A DNA stretch of 60,912 nt from Trichoplax sp. H2 (taxonomy: Eukaryota): positions 1 to 60,912 of the forward strand of contig NOWV01000294.1 in the NCBI GenBank assembly GCA_003344405.1, read 5' to 3'. Positions 1 to 12,406 of this stretch are shown here, piece by piece. The notes beneath the pieces are model-generated. The model did not search any database. It was not told the origin of the DNA and worked only from the letters and a program-made list of their open reading frames with translations. Each line of letters opens with the position of its first letter. Position 1 is the stretch's first letter. A program made the position numbers and the translations under genes.

Positions 1-644
1 ATGACTACTACGACTACTTTTCTGACATTAGTACCGCTTAGTATTCGCGAGTATTGACAGTTGATGTTTTAGCGTCAGATTGTACTGTAACTGTACGAGT
101 ATAGACTACCTTACAGTACTTTATCGTCATGTTATAAATCCCCTTTCTCTAAGGATAGGGTTTTGCTACTAAGTCAAATTTCTTTACAATTTGAATAGAC
201 GATGAAACGCCCTTTCTTTAGATTAGGCATTTGCTCTATAGGGCTACTTCTATAGTAATCTATATAATACCTTGTAAAATAATGAAGAAGAAAAGATGGC
301 GACATGATGATTTGGCAGGGTAAAACTTAAAGACACTATCACTTTGTAGGTATTTTGTATAGTAAAATAATACTAATTACATACTAAAAACTACAAAGGA
401 CTCTACTTTTAGTCCTTTTACTACAAACTGCTGTCACAAAACGACCTGCATAGATAAATATGTATCTACTCGTTAGAAAGAGCACATAAATCACTTGAAA
501 TATTAAATTTCAAAGTCCTCAGTTTTCATATAGTAATGTTAGTATATTCTGTTATATAGAGCATGCAATTTAATTTTTAAGCATAGACATTAGGATAATA
601 CGATGTCCACATGATGAGATTAAGTCGAATAAAAGCTTAATTTC

Positions 645-884
645 TGTAATTATAGTATCTCACGAGTATTCAATCTAATCTAGTCTAATTCTCACAAAAT
701 AGTCATCTCAGGCAGCTACAGCTTAGAAAATGGATTTTGTACCAGAGTCAAGAATAGTAGAGCAATAATTAATCAGAACAAGAATCTAATCTAAAGCATT
801 CTGAGCTTGAATGAAATGAAATCTCGTATAAGTTCATTTCAACAGAATTTAATAAATATAATTCGTTTTAATCTATTTATTATA
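645..884 (+). repeat. Dispersed repeat copy A (similar to 32672-32866)
   Basis: Shares collinear blocks with 32672-32866: TGTAAT..AGTAT.TCAC, AATAGTAGAGCAATAATTAAT, AAGAATCTAATCTAAAG, TGAAATGA.ATCTC, TTCGTTT(T)AATC.ATTTAT. No clean TSD found. Confidence 0.65.
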
Positions 885-1141
885 GATATCTGCTGATAGA
901 AAGAATTGAATCATCAAGCTGAAGACTTTTCCACGAACTGATCACTGTCACATATTGGCTAACTACCTTATAGATCTGTGTTATGATAAATATGCCGTTA
1001 TGTAAATACATCTCATGTGTTATTGTTATTCTGATCTTATTGATATTATTGTAGGCATTAAGATACATCTATATATGTACTTGTTAGTTGTTTTTATGAA
1101 TAGTATTAATTCTGTCCCTCGCGTAATCCCAACGATCTAAC

Positions 1142-2343
1142 CTGTTTACGCTATACTATTTACCTGTCAACAGGCTCAGAGATCGCTATATAAATGAGCG
1201 CATCTCTTGCTAACGGTAGTATTATACCTCGTCTCTCTCTTGTTATCCTCTCTGTCTTTCTTTAATAAACATAGTTTTCTTGACTGTGAGTNNNNNNNNN
1301 NNNNNNNNNNNATCAGCCGAGAAATCGAGTTCTCAAATACTTCTCTCATAGAAACTGAAAGTACTGGGAGAAATAGCCCAAGTTTTAAGTAACTACACTA
1401 GAGTTCTTTACTTTCCTTTGCCACAAGTGAGGGTTGTGACAGTCATATTCAGCTATCGTAGCAGTAAAATATGGAGTACGTCACTATCGTTTCGGAGTTT
1501 CAATTTCTGGAATGTTAACAGTTTGATATGTGCAATCAGTCAAATCCTAAAACCTCCATAGAAACTTTAACCCAATAATTGGCTTTGAACCTACTTTAGA
1601 GAGCTTTAAACTGGTGAATAAACGTAATATGCTCTAAAGATAGCGCTGTATTACCNNNNNNNNNNNNNNNNNNNNCTGTTTACGCTATACTATTTACCTG
1701 TCAACAGGCTCAGAGATCGCTATATAAATGAGCGCATCTCTTGCTAACGGTAGTATTATACCTCGTCTCTCTCTTGTTATCCTCTCTGTCTTTCTTTAAT
1801 AAACATAGTTTTCTTGACTGTGAGTCGTACGTCTCTGCATACAACAGAATATATTACATCACCACTATGTTTTACGGAACTAATCAATCTGCTTAAAGTT
1901 TTGGTACTCTTCTATTAATTAATATATAGCACCGTATGGTGCTATGCATCTTAACTATTACAGTATACCTAGTATAATAATTGATTCTCGAAGGGAAATG
2001 CGTAAGTAGCCAATAATTGTTGTATCGCATGACGAGGACCGGGGTACCAGTACTAATTCCCTTAGCAAAATTATAACATTATCTAGTATTAGCATAGCGA
2101 CAATATTTATTCTTAGAAACCAAACTACGTCATATTCAGCTATCGTAGCAGTAAAATATGGAATACGTCACTATCGTTTCGGAGTTTCAATTTCTGGAAT
2201 GTTAACAGTTTGATATGTGCGATCAGTCAAATCCTAAAACCTCGATAGAAGCTTTAAACCCAATAATTGGCTTTGAACCTACATTAGAGAGCTTTAAACT
2301 GATGAATACACGTAATATGCTCTAAAGATAGCGCTGTATTACC
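1142..2343. other. Assembly gaps with flanking duplicated sequence
   Basis: N runs at 1292-1311 and 1656-1675. 1142-1291 is repeated exactly at 1676-1825. 1442-1655 is repeated with a few substitutions at 2129-2343. Confidence 0.9.
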
Positions 2344-5300
2344 AAACATGATCGGCTTAAAACTTAATTTTCAGTACCAGTAGGTATTTTATGTTAAGTA
2401 TTATTTACCTTACTACAACTTCTGCAGTATTTAGAATTGTCAACCTTTTATCTTTACTATTGTAAGAAGATTATATAACATTCACGAGCTGTAAAGCCAA
2501 GCGACCGGGTAAATAATAATCAATCTCTTCTTGATATCTTAGAAATTAATGGTAATTGCTAAGGACAATTATTAAATTGAAATTGGATGATCTAGATCAA
2601 TGTTCAATTAGCCAAAATAATCCTTAGCCTCAAAAATCGATTTAAAATCTATTGTAGTATGTAGGTTCTTAACCCTTTACTTTATTAAGATATATTGTTC
2701 TACACTACACACTATCACTGTATTCTGTAACACAACTACTTTAATTAGCTGCAATCATTACAACCTTCCTTCAAATTCATCAACTTAATTACTGCATGCC
2801 CTTGTTAAAATCAAAGTAAAATTTTTTATTTACTTAATGAGAAGGTTTTATATAGTTCAGCTAGGTATTATTACCATCATAAAATGTGCCTAACAGTGTA
2901 TATAGATAATAACGCAAAAATTAATTAGGTTAGTCGAGCAGAATAAATATTTAAGAATTGCATAATTGCATTTAGTAATTCTAGTAATTATTCAGAATTA
3001 GATGGAAAGAAAACCGAAAGTATACCAATATTCATTTGTTTGCTGCTGAAATATCACCTATCTCATTTAAATTTATATCAAGCTTGTAAATAAGCTAATG
3101 GAGGAGAAAATTTACTGAGTTTGAAATCTTTCAGCTATGTTTTACGAGTCCAAATGTTCATCAAAGTGACAGAAGTTTGTACGGTACCCAATACTTCAAG
3201 TTATGCACTGGAACACCTACAGCGATATCATTTGTTAGCACCAGATTTGCTATACAAATCTGAGATATCAATTATATAAGTTGATTACTGTAATGTACTT
3301 ACGTCGGTCAGTTTACACTACAGCCAATTTATGAACAGTAATTCCAATATGACATTTGAAAGCTAACCAAAACAGCCAATTGACGGCTAAATACGGAGAT
3401 GGGAAACTCATTTTTTCTAAATACTACCACGAAGCAGCCTTTGTGAATCAATCAAAAGTTTACTATCTACTCCGTGTTGATCTTTGTTTAATCCTCCAGA
3501 CCTGCATTAGAATAAATTAACTTATTATAGTATTTACTATAAGTAAGAGATAAATGATAACGTTTATAGTTAAAGTCTTTATTGAACCAAATTATGAATT
3601 AGGATAGTGTACTCTACTACAGCATAATTGAAACTCCTTCTAAAAGAACAATATCAATACCTTTATTTAGCTCTATGACTTTACACTGTTCATACAGATG
3701 CAAGGACTTATTCTCTGGATAGAACTTAACTACCATAACCCATAAATCTCGCAACTCTTATAACATATTAATATTAACAGCGTATTTACGCTGATTTAAT
3801 TAAACCAGCAAATGCAAACTAGCACCAAACCACATTGAATACAGCAGTTTCCTCCCACTTTGTATCTCATAAATTCTGTATTAAATGATCTGAATGCATG
3901 TAAGAAATGACGAAAATTTCAGTCCGAAATATGCTTTATACTGCATCTAACCAAATAGATGCGCTCTCATCGTCATGAATAGTTTCCCCAATTTAGTGAA
4001 TAACTTATTGAAAAGACTGTCTGTCGGCCTGCTCGACTGATTATAGTTTATTGATCTATTAACAATGTAAAATAACGCACTTTCGGATACATTCAAAGAT
4101 CTCTAGGAATCAGCAAAATGTACAAGAGATCGGGTACAGAATAGCCAATGGGCGTGGCTACGATGTCAATCAGCCAGCTAAATAATGATAAATAATTAAT
4201 TATATTATAAATACTGCACGTAAATTATGTAACGATTATCGAAACTATTTTCGTTAAATTTTTAGATGATAGTGGACTTTTCGCAGATTAGCCATCTATT
4301 TCGTACTAATGATTTAAACTGGATGCTAAGCTGAAGGTAGATAGCCACAATCCCAATATCAAAAGGTATCAGATATCTTATATTTAAGATACAATATTAT
4401 CATATTCTCTTAAAAATTTTATTTGCAGTATATTTATAACAGTTTTGGTAATTATATTCATATTTTTCGCTATCAAAATCAGCTTCATTTCATGTAAATG
4501 CCGAGCTTAAATAAACTATTTATATTCTTTCCTTTGATATTTATATCGGTACATAGTGCTGTTGTAGAATAAAATCGATATATTATGCAACATTAAATTT
4601 ATTGATTTACCTTAATACGATATTTTGAAGGTTAATGTAGGTATAATTATTCATTCAAAGATATGAGTCATATATTAAATCTATATCTATCATTGCTTCA
4701 GGGAGAAAGTAAAAAAGATCATTTGTGGGATAAAGATTTTTAAACAAAAAATGGGGAGATATCCTGCTATATTTAATTGTAACACAGCAAATGCTACAGT
4801 ATTTAAGCCGAGAAAAAATTGATTATAATATTAAAATAGCGCCATGCAGAAAATAAAAAAACGGCTACTTCAATATAACCCACATGATAAAATCAGATGA
4901 AGACATTACTATAGTTAGCAACAATTACTTAGCTAATGACCTTGTCTAATAAATGGAGCAAATCAATTTAATTGCATCTCATTGCCTTTCTTTCTATATA
5001 AGAGTCTTTCTCCAATTTAGTCTTTATCTGTACCTAAAAAATTTAATTACCAATATAAGATTAGTAGACTTGCATCGTAATTCCATTTGCACTAATGAGC
5101 TGGCAATAGAGTCTTATCAATAGCTTGAAATTAAAGTTCTAATACTGTTAACCTCAATTCTTCTATCTATATTTTCTATAAATAAAGAATAAGTATGTGT
5201 ATAGCAGGTAATTCATGTCAATCTTAATATCTATTAACTTTAAGAATTTATAAATGAGATTATGTGATAGTTAGAACTAACATTTACGAATGAATTGCAA

Positions 5301-5493
5301 GTACTAATGCTACGTCAAATTACCCATAATTTATCTCTTATTGTCCTATTTTGAATTAATTCTAGCACAGCTAAACCGCAATAGAACACTTTTTACTGGC
5401 TTTCAATAATTTTCAAGCTATAACTTGCTAACTTATTTTAGCTCTTACCCCGTGAATCATACTTTGGCTTATTTGGTACTTACTTGAATCATC

Positions 5494-8400
5494 ATGCTAA
5501 GTGATTCAATCGTTGAAATCTTACGCCATTACGCTCAGGAGTTTAAAGCCACCATTCCTATTTCAGACATTTTAATTGCTCTCAAAATACACGGAGTTTT
5601 AGGATATGGTGATATAAACCGAATCAAGGAATTATCTGTGCTAGATGAAATGAATGATTATTTTCTTGGGATCATCTTTGATAAATTCAGAGATCAAGAG
5701 TTTTATATACTATGTGATATCTTAAAGCAGCACAATATTAAAAGTGTGCAATTGTTTGGATTTCAGTTAGAAAGAGACGCTAAAGGTAATAATTATATCG
5801 CAGCTAGCATTTTTCTTGTTTTATAAACTCGAGCTATAATACTATTTATAGTTAGGCAAAATCTTATCATTTTTAATCTCTACTTTAAAATCTACAAGTA
5901 ATTGATATCTGTAATTACTAGAATAGATTAATTTGCAGAAGATATTATTGCGCTAATAAAATAACGAGCCTTTACAGACTATCGTAGATCAGATCCATAT
6001 AATCGTAGAATTGCAGATATAGTTTATAGAAAACTTAATTATTAGGCCTATATTTAATTGAAGAGAAATCTCAAAGGAAAAGTGTCAATAACATAGAAGA
6101 TCCAGTATCCCCAAAATCGGATACTATTCAAGCCGGTGAGTACGATATTATATAAATAGATAATCGACCACAATTCTATGTTAAATGATGGCTATTAGTA
6201 ATCAATAATTAAATTTTAAACTTAATTACATTATCTGTTTAACCTATAAGAGCAAGCGATTTACTGCTAAGCTTTCTAAAAAGTAAAGAAACGATATAAA
6301 TGATATTTCTTCATTTGGAATCTATATTAAACAGAAGACATTGACAAGTATGGAAAGAACGTAAGCGTCACCATTGAAACCGTCGCAAACACTCTAACTG
6401 ATAATGAGTACCTAGCCCTCGGTAAGAAATTACGCTAATGGTACAATTCACAAAATACAGTAGAGCTTAACATTATCTATGAGTATATGTTACGATGCGT
6501 AAGCTCGTCCAAATTATTCTTTAGAAGGATAGTTTTATTTTATGTGCGCTAAGAGTTTCTGACGAGACTATAAAAGGCTGGTGCCTGAAGACCCCTTTTT
6601 AGTTAGTTAGTCGATTAGATAGTCAACTAGTTTATCAATTGCTATTGAATTGTAAAGACTATTATCTTGGGTGCCAAGATTTCTTCTGTAATAAATAGTA
6701 GAAAACCTCTGACTACCTCATCTACACTATCCGTGACGCCATAATTATACTATAGTATTCGGTCATTGGAACTGAATTATTTGGTGATATAGCTAATCTC
6801 ACCTCTTTAAGTCAGTAAGTGGCGTTCTCCGTAAGGATTGGCGTGTGTAGACTACTTTATCACTAGTGATGTGTGACAGTATAATATAAGCAATCCATTT
6901 AGTGCAATACAACGAATAATTTTTAATTCCTTATAATGTCAAAGGGAGCTTGCTAGAACAGAATTCAGCTCGAATTTAACTAGTTTTAGTAAATTGCCAC
7001 AATAGATATCTGTTACATTATTACCAACCAGTAAATTAAAATCAACTACTTAATTGGAATGAATCTGCTAGTAAATCAAATATTAATATGAATATTAGTA
7101 TTTTATTGGCTTAAAGTTATTTCCACTCTAGCTTGTTACAATCGTAACTATAACATAGTGATGAACAAACTTTATTAAATTATAACATATTAATTTTATT
7201 ACGTAGATGCTAAAGCAGCTTCTATTCTTACTACAAATTCTTTACTGTCTAAAATTGTCCGTCGATTACATCACAATCTTAATGGTGAGATTATTCAAAA
7301 TCAAGAATATTGGAAATGTATCAACGATCTTTACTCTTTGACCCCTTTTCAAGATCATGAAATAGAGTCCATACTCTATTTTATTGTGAACCTTTGTGAC
7401 TTCCAAAAAATACTAGATACCAAATGGCTCTATCCATTAGCTAGAACCGCTCGAATTTTAATATTCAAATCATATTCAAATTTAAAAACTAATAGAATCA
7501 ATTTCCATAGACTGTCATTGTATATACATACGGTATTAATTCGATCGCAATCAATTCGTCATTTTCGTAGCATTCCACAGAAAATCTTACCCCTTGAATT
7601 ACTGATTACTGAGTTAAACATCATCGACTACCAACTCCGTAACATAAGCAATGAAAAGCTTTATCAAACCGAATTTGAGCCGTTTATTTCGTTTTATTGT
7701 CCCCAAAATCCCAATAAACCATCTCAAATGGACCGAAAGACTTCAAAGATACAATATCAGATGTGGGCATTATATGAACAACTCGATGAACAGAAGGAAC
7801 ATTACGCTGAACTGACTTATTTGATCATTGATACATTATCCACTATGATCAAAAGTAGCAAAAATTCTTCAATTCAGAAGCAATGTTACTTATCTATTAC
7901 CGTTGTGGATGAAAAAATACAATCAGCAGATCACGAATATGGGATGCAGGATTATTTTTTTCAGCTCATCGATGAAGATATCAACAGTAATTGTATCCAA
8001 ATACTACTAGCTAAATATATCATTGATGGGATTGATATTTTAGAATCCAAAACTACATTACTGCCATCATTGTACGATTGCATAGCCTCTGATTTACGTC
8101 ACATTCGGTCTATAAATATTTGTATGCCTTATATTGACGACATGCTGAAGGATCTTAGTTACAGCAGCACAGTCACGACGACATCGGCAAATCACATCAT
8201 GGAGTTATCTGGCCTTTATTTTACAGCGCTGGCAAATATGGGTAATATTCCATCGGTATTGAATGCTAGCGAAAAAATTGTCACTAGCCATCTGCAGAAG
8301 CATCTTCTAACAACCGAAATGAGTGTTAACCACTCTTCCAATGTGCAACCACCTCTGGTGGTGTTATTGCCGTCTCCAAATATGGAATTTGTTGGACGAC

Positions 8401-10739
8401 AAGATTTACTTCAATTGATGAAACAGAATCTCGACGTTAACAACAATTGCTCAGTTTCAATGGTCAGCTTAGTCGGATTTGGAGGAGCAGGTAAAAGTAC
8501 ATTAGCTTTGCAATACGCACATAATCATATTAAATCACGAAGCTACGATGTTATTGCATGGATACGTGCGGAAACATTAGTTTCTCTACAATACGGACTA
8601 GTTTCATTAGCAATACAAATGTCTCAACATTTGTCTCATACCAGTAGTACATGTCCGGCATTACATACTCTAACATCTATATTAGCTAAATTTCAAGCTG
8701 ATTCACCAATCAAGTCTAGTAGTTGTCGGAGTGCTATACTAAAAATTAATGCTTCTACCCAAGAAATTGAAAGTGTAGTATCTAATGCTATAAAAATTCT
8801 GGAGACCTTCCACAATCTGAAGTATTTACTAGTATTTGATAATGCTGAAAATAAAGAACTGGTATCCGAATATTTTCCACTCTATGGTAATGGCCATATT
8901 ATAGTTACTTCCCGTAATCTTAGTTGGCAACATCAAATTGATGTTTCTTTATTCGATCGCGCATTATCTATTGAATATCTGACATCGGCATTATCGTCAA
9001 AGATCCAAGATTTGACAAATAATGCAGGCTTAAATGCATTAGCTGATGAATTAGGTGATTTACCGTTAGCCTTATCTCAAGCAGCCAATTACATGAAGCA
9101 AAACAGAATTGTTATTGATAAATTCGTAAAAAAGTTGGTCACTCAAAAAATTGCAGCTCTGCAAGTGTCAGCCTCAGCACTAAACGATTATACCCAATAC
9201 AGCCAGAAACAATTTATGAATAATGGTAGTCAACACCAGTTAGCTATTAATTATCAAGAAAATCAGGAGCAAATGACTGTTTATATGCATAGACGATCTG
9301 TTTCTACAACTTGGAGTATGCACATGGATATTATTAAACGCGAAGATAAAACTGCTCTACTCTTAATGCAAATTATGGCTTATTTGTCTCCTAATGATAT
9401 CCGTTTAGCGCTTTTAAGAGAAATTCTACAAACTTTCGCTGAAGATGCGGATGATTACAAGAAAGAAATGAAAAACATTGATTCTTCTTTAATATTGTTA
9501 ATTAATTATTCTCTAATTAATGGTCACAATGATACTTACTCTTTACATCGACTCTTACAGTGTGTTATCAGACACAATAATCAACAATATAATCTTGATG
9601 TTACTATCTTACAACATTTATTCAACTACTTAGATCATCGCTTGACAGTAGTAAATCGTGGTATGGATGGATGGTATTCAGGTGCAGATGTCGTTACTCA
9701 TGCAGAACTATGCTATCAGCATGCAGCTCATAGGGATTCATTTTTTCCAATGAGAATCAAAATACTGAGACATCTATGTTATTTCCATGTGAGTACTAAA
9801 AATTATCGTAAAGCTAAAGTGTATGTAGAAGAAGCAATGCAGCTAATGGATACTAAGGAAGTTCAAATTAATGAAAAAATAAGCAAAGAAAACTCTGATC
9901 CGTATCTCGTTGACTATTATCACGATAAAGCCTTAATTTATTTTTGTTCCGGTAAAATCGATGTATTTCCAATAAGAAATACTACAGCGAGGCAACGTTT
10001 GTCAATAGCTTTAGATTTATTATTAAAATACCCATCTAACCCAATTGATTTAGCTGAAGTATACATAGCGCTCGCGTCAACAATAAGTGAAAATAAGAAA
10101 AATTATCAAAATTTGCATCAATATCTAGCGCTAGCAAAAGAAATATTAGATTCTCATCCGATACCTCAAGATGTACATTGTCGATACTACAACCATACTG
10201 GACTATTACACTACTCTGAAAATAATTATGATATAGCAATTAAGAATTGGCAATTAGCAGTTAAAACCAAGTCTGATTTGGTAGGAAATTGTCATTTAGG
10301 TATAGGTTTATATTACAGTAATTTAGGCCACGCATACTCCGGTTTACAAGACTATGCAAGCAGTTTAAGATATTTCGAGAAAGCATTAGAAATGAAATTA
10401 AATTACTCACAATTAAATAATTGGGTAAGCATTTCTGATACACTTTTTGGCATCGGAACTCTTTGGTATAAATGCAGTGGCAATAATCTTCTAAAAGAAA
10501 ACCTGACGCTCGCCCTGAAATGTGTTTATCAAGCTATACATTTCTTTACCAGATCTATAGAAATAAGAGTGAGTACTATAGGAGAAGACAATGATTACAC
10601 GAAGCACGTAAAATTAGATTTATGTCGTGCTTACGTTATAAGAAATTATATCCAGCTTATGAACATTACTAAATCCTCTATTATCAATAATGAGACAATG
10701 GGGAATAGACTTAATTTGCACAAGGAAGACAAGAAATGA
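5494..10739 (+). CDS. NLR-like STAND protein: CARD-like death fold, uncharacterised helical region, NB-ARC, TPR repeats (~1330 aa, 4 exons)
   Basis: Model join(5494..5785, 6046 (or 6064)..6135, 6335..6421, 7207..10739). All introns are GT-AG phase 1 and the frame stays open into the 7338 ORF. NB-ARC motifs: Walker A GFGGAGKST, Walker B YLLVFDNAE, sensor IIVTSR, GDLPLAL, LHRLLQ (MHD position). TPRs such as YSNLGHAYSGLQDYASSLRYFEKALEMK. Exon 1 (97 aa) has a CARD-like hydrophobic pattern, judged by eye. Confidence 0.85.
6488..6878 (+). mobile_element. Solo LTR (family 1) in intron 3 of the NLR-like gene
   Basis: TGTTAC...GTGACA termini, perfect 5-bp TSD GTATA (6483-6487 / 6879-6883), internal TATAAAA (~6569) and AATAAA (~6690). 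391 bp. Confidence 0.8.
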
Positions 10740-10861
10740 ATTACCATCTGTTTTTCTAACATGTAGCTCTACTTCCTAATATATAAAATTAGTGGCTCAA
10801 GCAAAGCCAAATATTGCAATACTTATTATATTCATTTTTTGTATGAATATCCATAGGCCTA

Positions 10862-11270
10862 TGTAAGACGGTGTAATATTTTATTCTAAGTTGATGATAT
10901 ATTTAGTAATGTCTACTGTAGTTATAGTATTTAAGGTGTGATAGATATTCTGTTAGATGCTTAAGTTTTAAATATAGCTAGCTTAGTAACTGCATCCTTT
11001 TGAAGAGTAGTGCTACAGTGCTCAGCCTAGAGCTTCACATGAAAGATGTAAACTATCCTGTATTTAAGATTCTAATACTGAAGTGTGTAGTCAGTAAGGT
11101 GCTAAGATTCTTAACGCGGAAATATGTATAAGCGGGTAGTTTAGTAAAATAGTTCTTTTTCGTTAGAGGTCCTTAGCTTATCGATTACGTAGTATCTTTG
11201 TAAACGAGGTTTTGTTCAATAAATCATAATTTTCTAAAGTCTTGGACATTCTTTATCTATCAACCTCACA
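10862..11270 (+). mobile_element. Solo LTR (family 2, copy 1)
   Basis: TGTAAG...CTCACA termini, perfect 5-bp TSD GCCTA (10857-10861 / 11271-11275), AATAAA ~11218. A full-length inverted homolog lies at 54782-55197. Confidence 0.88.
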
Positions 11271-12406
11271 GCCTATTATGATAGAAGCTGATTTATAGTT
11301 TTGCCTGTAAGGTTGCTTAGTGTATTGCTTACCTATTTTAAGTTGGCCTGGGTAAATATTCTGTCTTTATATATGCTTACCAGTGCATAGTATCTACAAA
11401 TTAATGATAATTACAAATTTATGGTCATACCAAATGACTTATAATTATCGCATAGGCCGCTATATTAATTTATGGCATGGTCGTGCGATGACAGAATAAT
11501 ATTTAAACATTAAATAAACTTTCTGATATTAAGAATTTCACTACAGTATTTGAATCTATGCTGTTCCATACCTTAAAAATCTGGAAAATAAAATTAATTC
11601 GAAAGAAGACATCTGGTAGATAGCAGATCGAGTCGGTGTGTAACCTGGGCATATCACTTTTTATATAATAAATTTTTTATCAGATTTTGACCGTAGAGAA
11701 TCTCATACATCGCGAAACGTTTTCATTATCGATTTTAAAACTCACAGTATCAAATTATAGATTGAAATGATACTCTATGGGCTCAAAAATGATCTGATTT
11801 ATAGTTCATTAAATTCGCAGGTATAATCATTTGCCTTCTGAATTCTTCCTTTCCCTTAACTAAATACTATAGATATACTAGTAAGTATTGTCGATATATC
11901 GAAAAATGAAATTTTAACAGCGACTTGGCTAACGTATATTAGTACCTTATTATGCCAGTTGAAACCTTTTTATCTACCTATCTGGTTGCAAGAGGTTAAA
12001 ATTTTTACACGATGATAAGATCTTCCATCCTTTTCGGTATTTCTTTTCGATTGGTCAGATACGTTTATTATTATTAAACTGTATCAAAAATTATCCTATC
12101 TTGTATCATCCTAATCGAATAGTTTAGTTAGCATGCATTCCCTCCATATATTCTTATTTCCTACTTTATACTACATTTATGATATTTTTTATCATCGCCT
12201 CTTCAATTCAAGATCACCTTTATATACCGAATACTGCCCAATTTGATACTTGCAAAATTTTTTAAATGCGTATTAATATACACACACTCTTTAGCAGCAT
12301 TGCACGTATTCCAATAAATATAAAGGTATCACTCTTAATTATTTTTCTCTATATATAATTAATTACTGCAGTATCCTGCTTATATTGAAGTAAAAAAAAT
12401 TAAATC

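Noticed and set aside
1082..1846. Full-length LTR element with two LTRs around the gaps
   Set aside because: TATA/AATAAA and an ACAACA end are LTR-like, but there is no TSD and the exact 150-bp duplication abuts gaps. An unmerged contig overlap is simpler.
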